NCBI GenBank assembly: GCA_035221665.1
Contig: JAVHYY010000494.1
Span: 1 to 64,000, forward strand
Source: Okamejei kenojei
Taxonomy: Eukaryota
Direction of reading: 5' to 3'
DNA length: 64,000 nucleotides
The notes beneath the pieces were generated by a model that was not told the origin of the DNA, did no database searches, and was given only the letters and a program-made list of their open reading frames with translations. Positions 37,164 to 49,646 of the stretch are shown in pieces. Position 1 is the first letter of the stretch. Each line of letters opens with the position of its first letter. A program made the translations under genes and the position numbers.

Positions 37164-40100
37164 ACTTCCGGTGGCGCAATGGAGTAACAAAGGCGCAGCA
37201 TCGATATCTGCTCCCGTTAAATCTTGAAAAAGACGGTTTGGAAGTCGGGACCGATTTAAAAACTCACGGGAGCTGTTTGACGTCGCGTAAGTGACGTCAT
37301 CAGAAGTCGCCGCGAAAAGACGGAGAGTATCGGCAATTTTAAATGAAAAAAGGGAAAGCTCACCAGAAGCCTGCAAAACGTGCTGCAAGACCTGCTACAA
37401 GACTCTAATTGAAAAAAAAAACTTGATAAGAGTCCTCAAACTCCTCAAACATCAGCTGAAAACTCTGAAGAAGAAGCTGACTCTCGAAGTCCTCCTACAG
37501 AATTGATTTCAGTCGGTAAGAGCTTCAGTTACCCAATATATTTCTAAATTGATAAAAACAAATTCAACATGGCAATGAGAAGCTGATGCTGAAAATTGAT
37601 AACTTAAATAAACGTGTTGAAGAAATGGAGGAGGATTTAAACAGGAAAATTAAGCGGGTTGAAAACGACGGTAATAAGACGTTTGATTCAATTTTCAAGA
37701 CCACTACAAAATATGATTCGGATATGGAAGAAATGGATATTACAATGACTGAGATGTCTAAGGAGATAAGGAGACTGAGAAAGGAGCAAGAAAGTACTGG
37801 GGTGCAACTTGCCAAAATGAAGGATAAATGTCTGGACTTGGAAGCAAGATCGAGAAGGCAGAATGTAAGAATAGTTGTTGTAAAAGAGGGAAGGGAGAGT
37901 GGACAAAACCCTCAGGAGTTTGCTGTCAACTTACTTAAACAAGTATTTAAGCTGCCTGGCAACCCGAGAATATACGTGGCTCACCGGGTTCCACACAAGG
38001 ATCAAGCAAGCTCAGCTGTCCCCCACCCCCAAGACGGATCATTGTGAAATTTTATGACATCTCTACTCTGGAGGAAATTATGAAACTGATTCCATGTGGA
38101 TCGAATTTGACGTTTGGAGAAGATAACCTAAGATTATTTCGTGACGATCCAGTTGAAATAGTTAAATAGAGGGACATGTTCATAAAGACAAGAATGATTT
38201 TGAAAGAAATTACTGGCATAAGATATGGAATAATGTACCCTGCAAAGATGAGGGTCACTTATAACTCTGTTGAACGTGCCCTCACGGACCCAGAAGAGGC
38301 ATTTAAATATGCACAAGGTATCGCACAGGAGTCGGTCTCTCATAACAATACAGAGGAGAAGCGGCGAAGAAAGCACTTTTCTATTAAATAACCTGCTCTT
38401 GTTCAGGTGGCGGATTTCTCCACGAGGAGCTGTCTAGACACTTTATCTCTGGAATGTTAATTTAAGGTCAAACTTTATGATCCACTCTGAATTAAGGACT
38501 TGGAAAGCAAGAGAAACCGTGGTGGAAAACAAACAGAATTTGGGAATACGAAAAAAACAATACTAACGGAATTGTATACAAAAAATTAGGACTTAAGAAA
38601 CATCCAATTATATACTAACATAAAATATTTAACTATTATTACTAACTTTACAACAATAACCCACTACTGAGTAATATTGATGCACAGCGTAATAATGACT
38701 GACTTTTATCTCTTGATGTTTATTAACTTCTAAGTATATGAACAATGAGTTAAATATGATCGATAAGTATTAACAATATACTACCAAACTTAATTAATGT
38801 AGTAGATTTAGTTTAAACAGTGCGTAAAGGGGTGGTGGAAAACTAGGTACTTGAAAATTATCCAAGGGTCTGATTCTGGTTAACCACTGGAACCTGCTGC
38901 TGGCTAATATAAAATAATGGGACTTAATTCGGGAATGAAATGTAATAATTGTCGGTATATCGGCAGACGGGTGTATAACTAACATACTTACTGTTATATT
39001 TGAGTGTTGTTGAGTATTATATTTGAGTGTTGTTGTACGTGGCCCCTTGGGCAAGAGTGACCTTAATATGGTTGAGTTCTTCATTAGAATGGAGAGTGAC
39101 ATTGTTAATTCAGAAACACCGGTCCCGAACTTAAAGAAAGGTAACTTTGAGGGTATGAGACGTGAATTGGCCAAGATGGACTGGTAATTGATTTTTGAAG
39201 GGTTGACGGTGGATATGCAATGGGAGGCATTTAAAGACTGCATGGATGAACTACAACAATTGTTCATCCCAGTATGGCAAAAGAATAAACCAGGGAAGGG
39301 AGCGCATCCGTGGATAACAAGGGAAATCAGGGATAGTATCAAAGCAAAAGATGAAACGTACAAATTAGCCAGAAAAAGCAGCCTACCATGGGACTGGGAG
39401 AAATTCAGAGACCAACAGAGGAGGACAAAGGGCTTAGTTAGGAAAGGGAAAATGGAGTATGAAAGAAAACTGGCAGGAAACACAAAAAACTGACTACAAA
39501 CGTTTTTATCGATATGTGAAGCAAAAAGATTAGTTAACACAAATGTAGGTCCCTTGCAGTCAGAAACGGGTGAATTGATCATGGGGAACAAGGACATGGC
39601 AGACCAATTGAATAACTACTTTGGTTCTGTCTTCACTAAGGAAGACATACATAATTTGCCGGAAATAGCAGGGGATCGCGGGTCAAATTAGATGGAGGAA
39701 CTGAGTGAAATCCAGGTTAGCCGGAAAGTGGTGTTAGGTAAATTGAAAGGATTAAAGGCCGATAAAGCCACAGGGCCAGATCGGCTGCATCCCAGGGTAC
39801 TTAAGGAAGTAGCCCCAGAAATAGCAGATGCCTTAATGATAATTTTTCAAAACTCTTTAAACTCTGGAGTAGTTCCTGAGGATTGGAGGGTAGCTAATGT
39901 AACCCCACTTTTTAAAAAGGCACGGAGAGAAAAAACGGAAATTACAGACCAGTTAGTCTAACATCGGTAGTGGGGAAACTGCTAGAGTCAGTTATTAAAG
40001 ATGGGATAGCAGCGCATTTGTAAAGTGGTGAAATCATTGGAAAAGTCAGCATGGATTTACAAAAGGTAAGTCATGTCTGACGAATCTTATTGGATTTTTT

Positions 40101-43100
40101 GAGGATGTAACTAGTAGAGTGGATAAGGGAGAAACAGTGGATGTGTTATATCTGGACTTTCAGAAGGCTTTTGACAAAGTCCCACACAAGAGATTGGTAT
40201 ACAAACTTAAAGCACACGTATTGGTGGTTCAGTATTGATGTGGAAAGAGAAATGGCTGGTAGACAGGAAGCAGAGAGTAGGAGTGAACGGGTGCTTTTCA
40301 GGATGGCAGGCAGTGACTAGTGGGGTGCCGCAAAGCTCAGTGCTGGGACCCGAGCTATTTACAATATACATTAATGATTTGGACGAGGGAATTAAATGCA
40401 ACATCTCGAAGTTTGCAGATGACACGAAGCTGGGGGGCAGTGTTAGATGTGAGGAGGATGCTAGGAGGCTGCAGGATGACTTGGATAGCCTGGGTGAGTG
40501 TGCAAATGCATGGCAGATGCAGTATGATGTGGATAAATGTGAGGTTATCCACTTTGGTGGCATAAACAGGAAAGTAGATTCTTATTTTGATTGGTGACCG
40601 ATTAGGAAAAGGGGAGATGCAACGAGACCTGGGTGTCATGGTACACCAGTCATTGAAAGTAGGCATGCAGGTGCAGCAGGCTGTGAAGAAAGCGAATGGT
40701 ATGTTGGCATTGATAGCAAAAGGATTTGAGTACAAGAGCAGGGAGGTTCTACTGCAGTTGTACAGGGTCTTGGCGAGGCCACACCTGGAGTATTGCGTAC
40801 AGTTTTGGTCTCCTAATCTGAGGAAAGACATTCTTGCCATAGAGGGAGTACAGAGAAGGTTGACCAGACTGATTCCTGGAATGGCACGACTTCCATATGA
40901 AGAAAGACTGGATAGACTCGGCTTGTACTCGCTGGAATTTAGAAGATTGAGGGGTGATCTCATAGAGACTTACAACATTCTTAAGGGGTTGGACAGGCTA
41001 GATGCAGGAAGATTGTTCCCGATGTTGGGGAAGTCCAGTACAAGGGGTCACAGTTTAAGGATAAGGGGGAAGTCTTTTAGGACCGAGATGAGAAAATCGT
41101 TTTTCACACAGAGAATGGTGAATCCATGGAATACTCTGCCACAGAAGGTAGTTGAGGCCAGTTCGTTGGCCATATTTAAGAGGGAGTTAGATGTGTCCCT
41201 TGTGGCTGAAAGGGTCAGGTATGGAGAGAAGGCAGGTGCAGGATACTGAGTTGGATGATCAGCCATGATCATATTGAATGGCGGTGCAGGCTCGAAGGGC
41301 CGAATGGCCTGCTCCTGCACCTAATTTCTATGTTTCTATGTTTCTATATCTAATGTTGGATTTTTTGAAGATACATTCGAATAGTTAGATTTGGAATGCG
41401 GTTTCTCATATATATTTTTTAATTTTGAACCGCTCTCTCTTCCTTTTAATAATAATTGGTCAAGGGGGCAGAGCGGAATGCATAACAACATCCACGGAAG
41501 TCTACAATAATATGTCTATCATCTTTTAGTGGCTTTTTTTAAAGATTATTATATCTTTATTTTTAGATATCATAATATCACTTTTTGTTTTTCTATTACC
41601 TTTTCACCATTTTACACTTTCTGGTATTTTCTAAGGTATATTTTAAAGGGAAGATGCCAACAAAATTTAACAGCTGTGGATGACCTCCCATCACTTAGAG
41701 TTCTGAGATACTTGGTTGCACCATATGACTTAAGGGTATTAGCATGATTTACACTCCAAGTTGACAAACACAAGAAAACTGGAGGAATCACGTTCTGTCG
41801 TTGGAATATAAGGGGCGCTAATGAACCAATTAAAAGGGGTAAGAGTTTTGCCCAATTAAAAGCTTTCATTTATGACATAATTGTTTTACAAGAAACACAT
41901 CTGAAACATCAATCACAGATAAAATTGAAGGCAAATTGGATTGGGCAAACCTACTACTCTTCATTTACTTCTAAATCTAGAGGCACGGCTATTATTATTC
42001 GTAAAGGTATACCATTCAAACCAAATAATATCGTAGCAGATAAAGAGGGGAGGTTCGTGAGAGTTACGGGAGAAATTCACTCTACCCACTTGCTTTGATA
42101 AATATTTATGCTCCCAACTTTGATAACCCCCAATTCTTTAGTAAAATTCAGGATATAATTTCAGAGATTAACTATCAAAATGTGATAATGGAGGGAGAGT
42201 TCAATTGTGTTCTAGTTCCATATCTGTATAAATCAGCAAAACAAAAAATGGATTAACATAAAATCCAAAACTAGTGCACTCCTAAATACATACATAAAAA
42301 TACATAAAAACATAACAGATGTATGGAGAATCGCGAATCAAGTAGGTAGGATATATTCAATGGTACATAAAACGTATTACGTATCGACTATTTTTTAGTG
42401 GACACGAAATGAATTCCCTATACATATAGTTCTAAATATCATAAAAATATTATTTCTGATCACTCCCCGTTAAACATTTTTGAAATTAGAAGGAATGTCT
42501 GATAACAAATCGTTCTGGAGGTTTAACCCCCAAATTTTCAACAACTCACAAGGTTGTACATATTTTAAGCGGCAGATGATGTTCTTCTTTGAGACAAATG
42601 ATAGACCAGATATTTCACCCTCCTTATTATGGGAAACCTTTAGGGCATTTATTAGAGGAAGTATAATTTCATATCAAGCTTTCTGAAATGGAAACATAGC
42701 AACATAGAAAATAGGTGCCGGAATAGGCCATTCGGCCCTTTGAGCATGCACCGCCATTCAATATGATCATGGCTGATCATCCAACTCAGTAAACGAAATA
42801 CAAAGAACAACACTGAACAATTGCAATGAGAACAACAAATTACACAATTAGATCTAGAAAATGCCAAAGAACTAACCATAGATAAACATAATAAGAGAAC
42901 AATATAAAAAAAAACAAATTAAATACAATTTTATCGGCAAGAATAATAAGATTATTTCAAATAACAAAACAAGAAAACTTTGAATTCGGTGATAAACCAC
43001 ATAAACTCTTAGCACGTCAACTAAAAAAACGGGAAACGGAAAATACAATTACCAAAATTAAATCAGATAAAGGTGAATTATTAACACTAGCTGAAGACAT

Positions 43101-45861
43101 TAATAAAATATTTGCTCAATTTTCCAAAATCTATATACATCTAAAACCTCTGCAAACAATACTAAAATTACAAACTTCTTGGACAATTGTAATCTTCCAA
43201 AACGCAATACGTTTCAACAAGAGGAATTAGGAGCTCAGATTACACTTCAGGAAATAGAAGAAACAATACATTCGTGGAAGAATGGTAAAACGCCAGGACC
43301 AGATGGCTTTAGTAATGAATTCTATAAAAGATTCTACGAGCTATTTTCACCACGCTTACAAAATTTATATATGCATGCTTTTAAAGAAAATATATTACCA
43401 GAAACACTAACCAAGTCAACTATTACACTGATACCTAAAAAAGATAAATATCTAGAAGACGCAGGCTAATATAGAGCCATGGCACTCCTAAATACAGATC
43501 AACAAATATTAGCAAAGACCCTAGCGAGAAGATTGAGTAAATATGTTAGCAAACTAATAAATCCGGATCAAACGGGGTTTATACCCAAGAGATACTCATT
43601 GAACAATTTGAGACGGCTGTTTAATGTAATGTACTCACATAAAACTGAAGAGGAAGACTTAGCAATTATTTCACTGGATGCAGAAAAAGCTTTTGATCAA
43701 GTAGTATGGCAATATCTATTTAAAGTATTGCAAAACGTTTACATGGGAGATAATTTTATCTCATGGGTAAAATGATTATATGTTAAGCCAAGGGCTAGAA
43801 TACTGTCTAATAATTTATTATAGCCGAAATTTCAATTATCAAGGGGCAATAGACAGGGGTGTGCATTATCGCCCCTCTATTTGCACTGGTGATAGAGCCT
43901 TTAGCACAAAGTATGCAAAGTCGTCGGAATATTCATAATACCAAACACTCAAATGAGAACATTTCTTTGTACGCAGACGACATATTATTATACATGACAA
44001 ATTCGCAAATTAGCATACCAAATATATTAAATTTAATAGAACAATTTGGTTATTTTTCAGCATATCGAATAAACTGGAACAAAAGCGAAATAATGACGAT
44101 AAAACCTCAAGAGCCGACACATATGTTGAAAGTCCCTTTTGGAATTGCAACAGAAACATTCAAGTATTTTAGTATCCAAATTACTAGAAAATATAAATCA
44201 TCATTTAACGCAAACTATATGCCTATGCAAACTATATGCAAACTAAATTGAATGGGTTGATTACATTCTGGAAAACACAGCCGATGTCCTTAATAGGCAG
44301 AATAAATGTTATAAAAATGATCTTACCACAAATACTGTACCTATTTCAATCATTACCAATATATTTACCAAATTAAAGAAATAAAATAAACTACTCTGAT
44401 ATTACAAATTTTGTATGGGACTATAGATTACATAAAATTCAAAGAAAACATCCGTCTAAATCTAAAGAATTCGGGGGGCTGACACACCCTAAATTGTTGT
44501 ACTACTATTGGGCTGTGAATATTAAAAATATAATTTACTGGTTGGACAGTTCTGCTCATCAAGTAGATTGGATAAGCATGGGGAAAGAGGATTGTCCACC
44601 CGATAATATAGGAGAAATTCATCTTTCCCAGATGAAACTGAACAATATAACAAATAAGAAGAATCCAATTATTCACAGCATAATACGAATTTAGAAACAA
44701 ATAAAATTAACCTTAAAATTAAGAAACATCGCTTCTTTCCCCAATAGTTAGCAATCCCTCATTCAAACCCTCTATTATTGATAAAAATGTATCCATTAGG
44801 AAAGAATAGGAATTAAAATGATTCGAGATATGTATGAAATGGGAAACCTCTATCATTCCAGCAACAACAACTAAAATACAATCTGAAAATTAATCAATAT
44901 TTTAAATACCTTCAAATTCGAGATTATTTGAAAAAATGTATACAAGGATATAAAACTCTAACCTCAGATTTATTAGAGGAAGGATTGAACAGAAAGGCAG
45001 AATCAAGCAATTTAATATCTTATTTATATAATATAATTTTAAATATAGAAACACCAACGACAGAGGAAATTAGAAGGGACTGGGAACAAGAGTTATTATA
45101 AATGTTCGATTAATGTAAGGCATAACTTAATTCAATTTAAAATTTTACATAGATTATATTACTCGAAAACCAGATAGATTGAAATATTACCAAACGTTTC
45201 CCCCATTTGTGACACATTTCTAACTCATAATGCCACTATAGCACATTCCTTTTACTCCTGTACAAAACTTCATACATTTTGGAATGAAATCTTCGGAACT
45301 TTTACAAAACTATTCAACACAAAATTGAACCCCAATACAGAACTGATTATCTTCGGATCAATGGAAGAAGGACGTAAATTAACTACGTTTCAATAAGCTC
45401 TCTTTAATTATGGTTTAATAGCAGCAAAAAAAACATACTTAAGTTTTAGAAAAATGCACTCACGCCAACGTTTAAAATGTGGATTTCCAATATATTGGAA
45501 ACGCTACATCTTGAAGAAATGAGATTCCTCCTACTAGGCAAGTAGACCAATTCTTAAAGATTTGGTCTCCTTTTATCGACTTCTTACAAGCATATGGTGC
45601 AACATACCATAACCTTAGAAATTAAATGGTTCAGAACCGGGTGATGGATGTGTAAATATATTAAATAGGTATATATCTCCTAATTTATTTACTTTCTATT
45701 GTCACTTTATTTTCCTCTTTCTATCACTGTTCTTTTATTATTAAATTAAAATAAGAAGTTGTACAGGAATGGTAACGTGTATTTATGTATCAGGTACGTA
45801 GGTACCACGTTACTGTACTTACGTCTAACAAAAAATAATTTATAAAAAATAAACCCCAAAA
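37164..45861 (+). mobile_element. Full-length degenerate L1 LINE with 13-bp TSD
   Basis: AACGAGGTTTTCG at 37151-37163 and 45862-45874. 5' end (G)ACTTCCGGTGG; ORF1 relic (DLEARSRRQNVRIV, 37586-38390); ORF2 relic with endonuclease (WNIRG, LQETH) and RT (GKTPGPDGF, SLDAEKAFD, LYADDILL); A-rich 3' end. Confidence 0.92.
39035..41350 (+). mobile_element. 5'-truncated CR1 LINE inserted within the L1
   Basis: RT motifs GVPQSSVLGP, KFADDTKLGG, RPHLEYCVQFW; ends in (tttctatg)n tail. Confidence 0.9.
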
Positions 45862-46359
45862 AACGAGGTTTTCGGTTTAAAGAGAATCTGCTGTTTTAGC
45901 AGCTGACGGTCTAGATTGTGTAAAGATCCAAACAGACAGCGTGCTTAATATACCTTTTGTATGGGAACACTTCTTTCGAAAATAAAGCTATAGGCGACGT
46001 GTGATGGCGAAAATTATTCTGTGTGATGGCGGAAATTGTGAACCATATTTCTCTCCATTTAATAGGCACAATCGCAACGGAGACCATTGCCCCCTTTCCT
46101 ACTTATGTGTGTCTTTGAATGCAGCAGCCTCCATAGTGCAAATGGTTTGAAATCAGTTTCTGAAATCTACCTTCTCCCCTGTTGTCCCCATTGAAAGCAT
46201 ATTTCATCTCCCATGAAAATTATTATAAAACTCCCGATTAACTCTAGCACGACGTGTTTTTTTTAAACTTGCTGTCCTCCCTTGTAAAATAATTGGAAGT
46301 TGCTTTCCAGTTAAATAAAGGTGAAAATGTGTTGTAGGAATCTTTTATATTTTTCCTTC

Positions 46360-47040
46360 AGCTCCACCCTGATTCCAATGCTTTTTCGGGTAAGTCTGAG
46401 GGGGTGTTTCCCGTATCGATCGCATGTACATCTCCGGAGTTTATGTCCCTCGTGTCTCGGCGGCATCTATGGGGCCGGTGCCGTGCTCGGACCACTGTCT
46501 GGTGCGAGTGGACTTCATCCTAGCGCGCACACGGGCTGGGTCCGCGTACTCACACGTTAATAACCGGCTGCTGAAGGACAGCCGATTCGAGGAGGCAATT
46601 AGTCGATTTTGGGTGAAGTGGAGAGAGACGCGAAGGGGTTTCCGTTTCCTTAGGCCGTGGTGGGATGTGGGGAAGGCTTACATCCGTCCCTTTTGTCAGG
46701 AGTTCACGTGGGGTTCCACCGGAAGGCGGGACGCGGCGGACGAGAGCCTCGAGAGGGAGTTACTCGACGCAGCGTCTCGCTTGAGTGGGATTGCTGAGGA
46801 CTCCTGTGTTTGGGGAGAGTATCATGGAAGCGGTCACAGGTGCTTACGTGAGGTCGTGGGTCCAGATGCTGCACGATCTGGACCGTGCATCACCTTTCTT
46901 TTTCTCTCTGGAGAGAGGTGGGGAATCCCCAAACAGCTCCTCTAGCTACTCGCTGATAAAGGCTCCTGTGTCACATATCCAGAGATCAGTGCTTTAGTTG
47001 CGTCCTTTTATGGATCTCTGTTCTCCGCAGATGGATTTTT
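46360..47040 (+). mobile_element. Tx1-like LINE fragment, diverged paralog
   Basis: MYISGVYVPRVSAASMGPVPCSDHCLV...NNRLLKD...WWDVGKAYIR. Confidence 0.75.
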
Positions 47041-49646
47041 CTCTCTCTCTGTCTCTCTCTGTCTATCTCGCGCGCGCTCGCGCGTGCGCGCGCAGATAGG
47101 AGGTGCCGCCAGTCTACGAAGCTTTAAATGCTTTGCATTGATGCACCGGTCAGGGAAGATGGACATGTTATGTCGGGTGTAGATCGCCAACGACGTACAT
47201 GTATGTGCATTAATTGGTTTTATGTCATTGTAAAAAATGTCCCTAGTTTGTGCCGGGTTCCGTTAATGTTGGAAGATCGATGATCCATGCAGACTCTATA
47301 GACATAATGACCTATTTCCGTGTTGTATCTCGAAATTAGACTAAACTAAACCAATACTGAGACGAGTAGCGCACACACAGAGCGCCATCGCCACCGCCTC
47401 CGTTGTGAATACTCCATCAAACTTCATAATACTTATACTTGTTCACAGCAGATATTGCTCGCAGAATTACTCCAGCACCGTGCTTTCATTTGTAAACCAG
47501 CAGCTACAATTCCTTGTTCCTAATTGTTATACTGATCTGGCTTTCGAACAAGGAAATACTGACGGTGGCAATCTGGCGGTAGTGGGAGGCGTCTCAAATT
47601 AGAGGTTATGAGCATTTAGCCATTTTGCTAGAAGGTGTATTCGTCAGGATTCGACAAGGTAATTAATTATGCAACTTGCTCGCCTCATAAAACGCACGTC
47701 TTGGTCATCCATCCTATAATTGAGTGTGTTGAGGGTTAATGGGAATTCATCACCTCAAAACCTAGACGGGTGAAGTAGCTCTGCAGACTAGGATGAGCGA
47801 GTGGTTCAAGTTAACATCCAATGAACGGTTGTTCACGTGGGTCCGAGCCCCACTTTTGGTATTTCGTGGGTCATAGCGATAACCTCAAATTCTTCTACCT
47901 TCTCAACCAAACCAGGTCATTCGGTCCTGTTAGGACATGACGCACACATAGCTCAGAGCATAACAGAGGTCAGGGGTGTGGGAGACTAACAGAGTGATGT
48001 CGATTGAAGGCAGAGAACCTGCACGGAATGTCCCGTCCTCCACCTGAGATGAACAGACAAAATTACCTAATTCACCTGAAATGATCCCCTCTTTGTCATT
48101 AACTGGTTCAGGTAATCTCTCAATTCCATGCACCATCCTGACTTCGAAATATATACCTTCAAGGTAACTAATTCTAAATCCACGGATTGGTGTTCCGGAG
48201 AGTAGAACGGGTTTACTTCACTGCGAGAGCCATTGAGAGTAACTAAACTTGGACACACGACGTCTTCTAAATGACAACGGGGAATACACGTGCATACATG
48301 CCTACCTTTGGCTTTTTAGAGGGGTTTAGAAAGTCACATAGAAAAGAGGGATACGGATAATGTACAGACAGATGAGATCTGTTTAACTTGGCATCATGTC
48401 TGGAACTAATATATGATGTACTGTTCTGTGTTCTATTTTATATGTTATGAGAAGCGCCACATTATGAACGAATTTAAATATGTACTCTGAACATTTGGTA
48501 ACTTCAAGAAATCTACTAAATGGGAGAATGGGATAATCGACAGATAGATTGAAACGAGGAGAAGCGGGATCCGTTGCATGTGATGAACGACCTGAAAGTG
48601 CAAAAAAAGGTGAGAAGGTGGATAATCTGTGGGATTCTTTGCCACAAAAGGCTGTAAAAGCCAGGTCAGTGGATATTTTTTAAGGCAGAAATCGATAGAT
48701 TCTAGATTAGTACGGATGTCAGAGGCTATGGGGTGGAGGCATGAGATGGGGGTAAGGAGGGGGATATAGATCATCCATGATTGCATGGCGGGGTAGACAT
48801 GATGGGCCGAATGCCCTAATTATGCTCCTATCTTATATGATCTTATGATCTCGTGATATTATGAGACAGGGCGGATTAGAACATAGAACGTTAACAGTAG
48901 AGAACAGGATCAGACCTTTTGGCCCAGAACAACTAGGCAGAACACAATGACGCTAAACTAATTTTCTCTATTTCTATGTGATCCGTATTCACCCAAAAGC
49001 AGCATGTGTATGCGTCATTCGTAAAGCCTCCAAAATGCCACTAACCTATCTGTTTCCACCACCACGCCTTGCAGCGCGTTCCAGTCATCCAACCATCTAA
49101 GTGTAAAATATTTACATGTAAAACATCGGATATAGTACAGCACAGGAAGCAAACACAATGCGTGTTCGAACATGATGCGCAGCTGAACTGATTTTATCTC
49201 CGCCACCCTCCCACATGGGGCATAGCCCTCTATTAATTTCCATGTTGGCAATCTAAAAACCTTTCAGACATCAGTATCGAATCTGCTTATACCACCACCC
49301 CTGACAATGCGATCCAATCCCCCACCACTTTCTCGGTTAAAACAAACTTACCCGCACATCTCCATTAAACTTTCCACCACACAGCATATATCTCTACAAG
49401 CAGGGATTGGTTATTTTCATCCTTGGAGAAAGGTTATGATTGTATACCCTATCAATGCCGCGCGTGACTGTATAAGCCTCTATCAAGACCCCTCTCAAAT
49501 TCAGACGAACCAGAAAAAAAATCCAAGTCTATCCAACCTCTACCTTTAGTTGACGCCCTATAATTTTGCTCCATCTCCAAAACTTCCACATCTTTCCTGT
49601 AATTGGGCGACCAATGCTGGGGCGATACTTCGAATGCGGCGTAACG

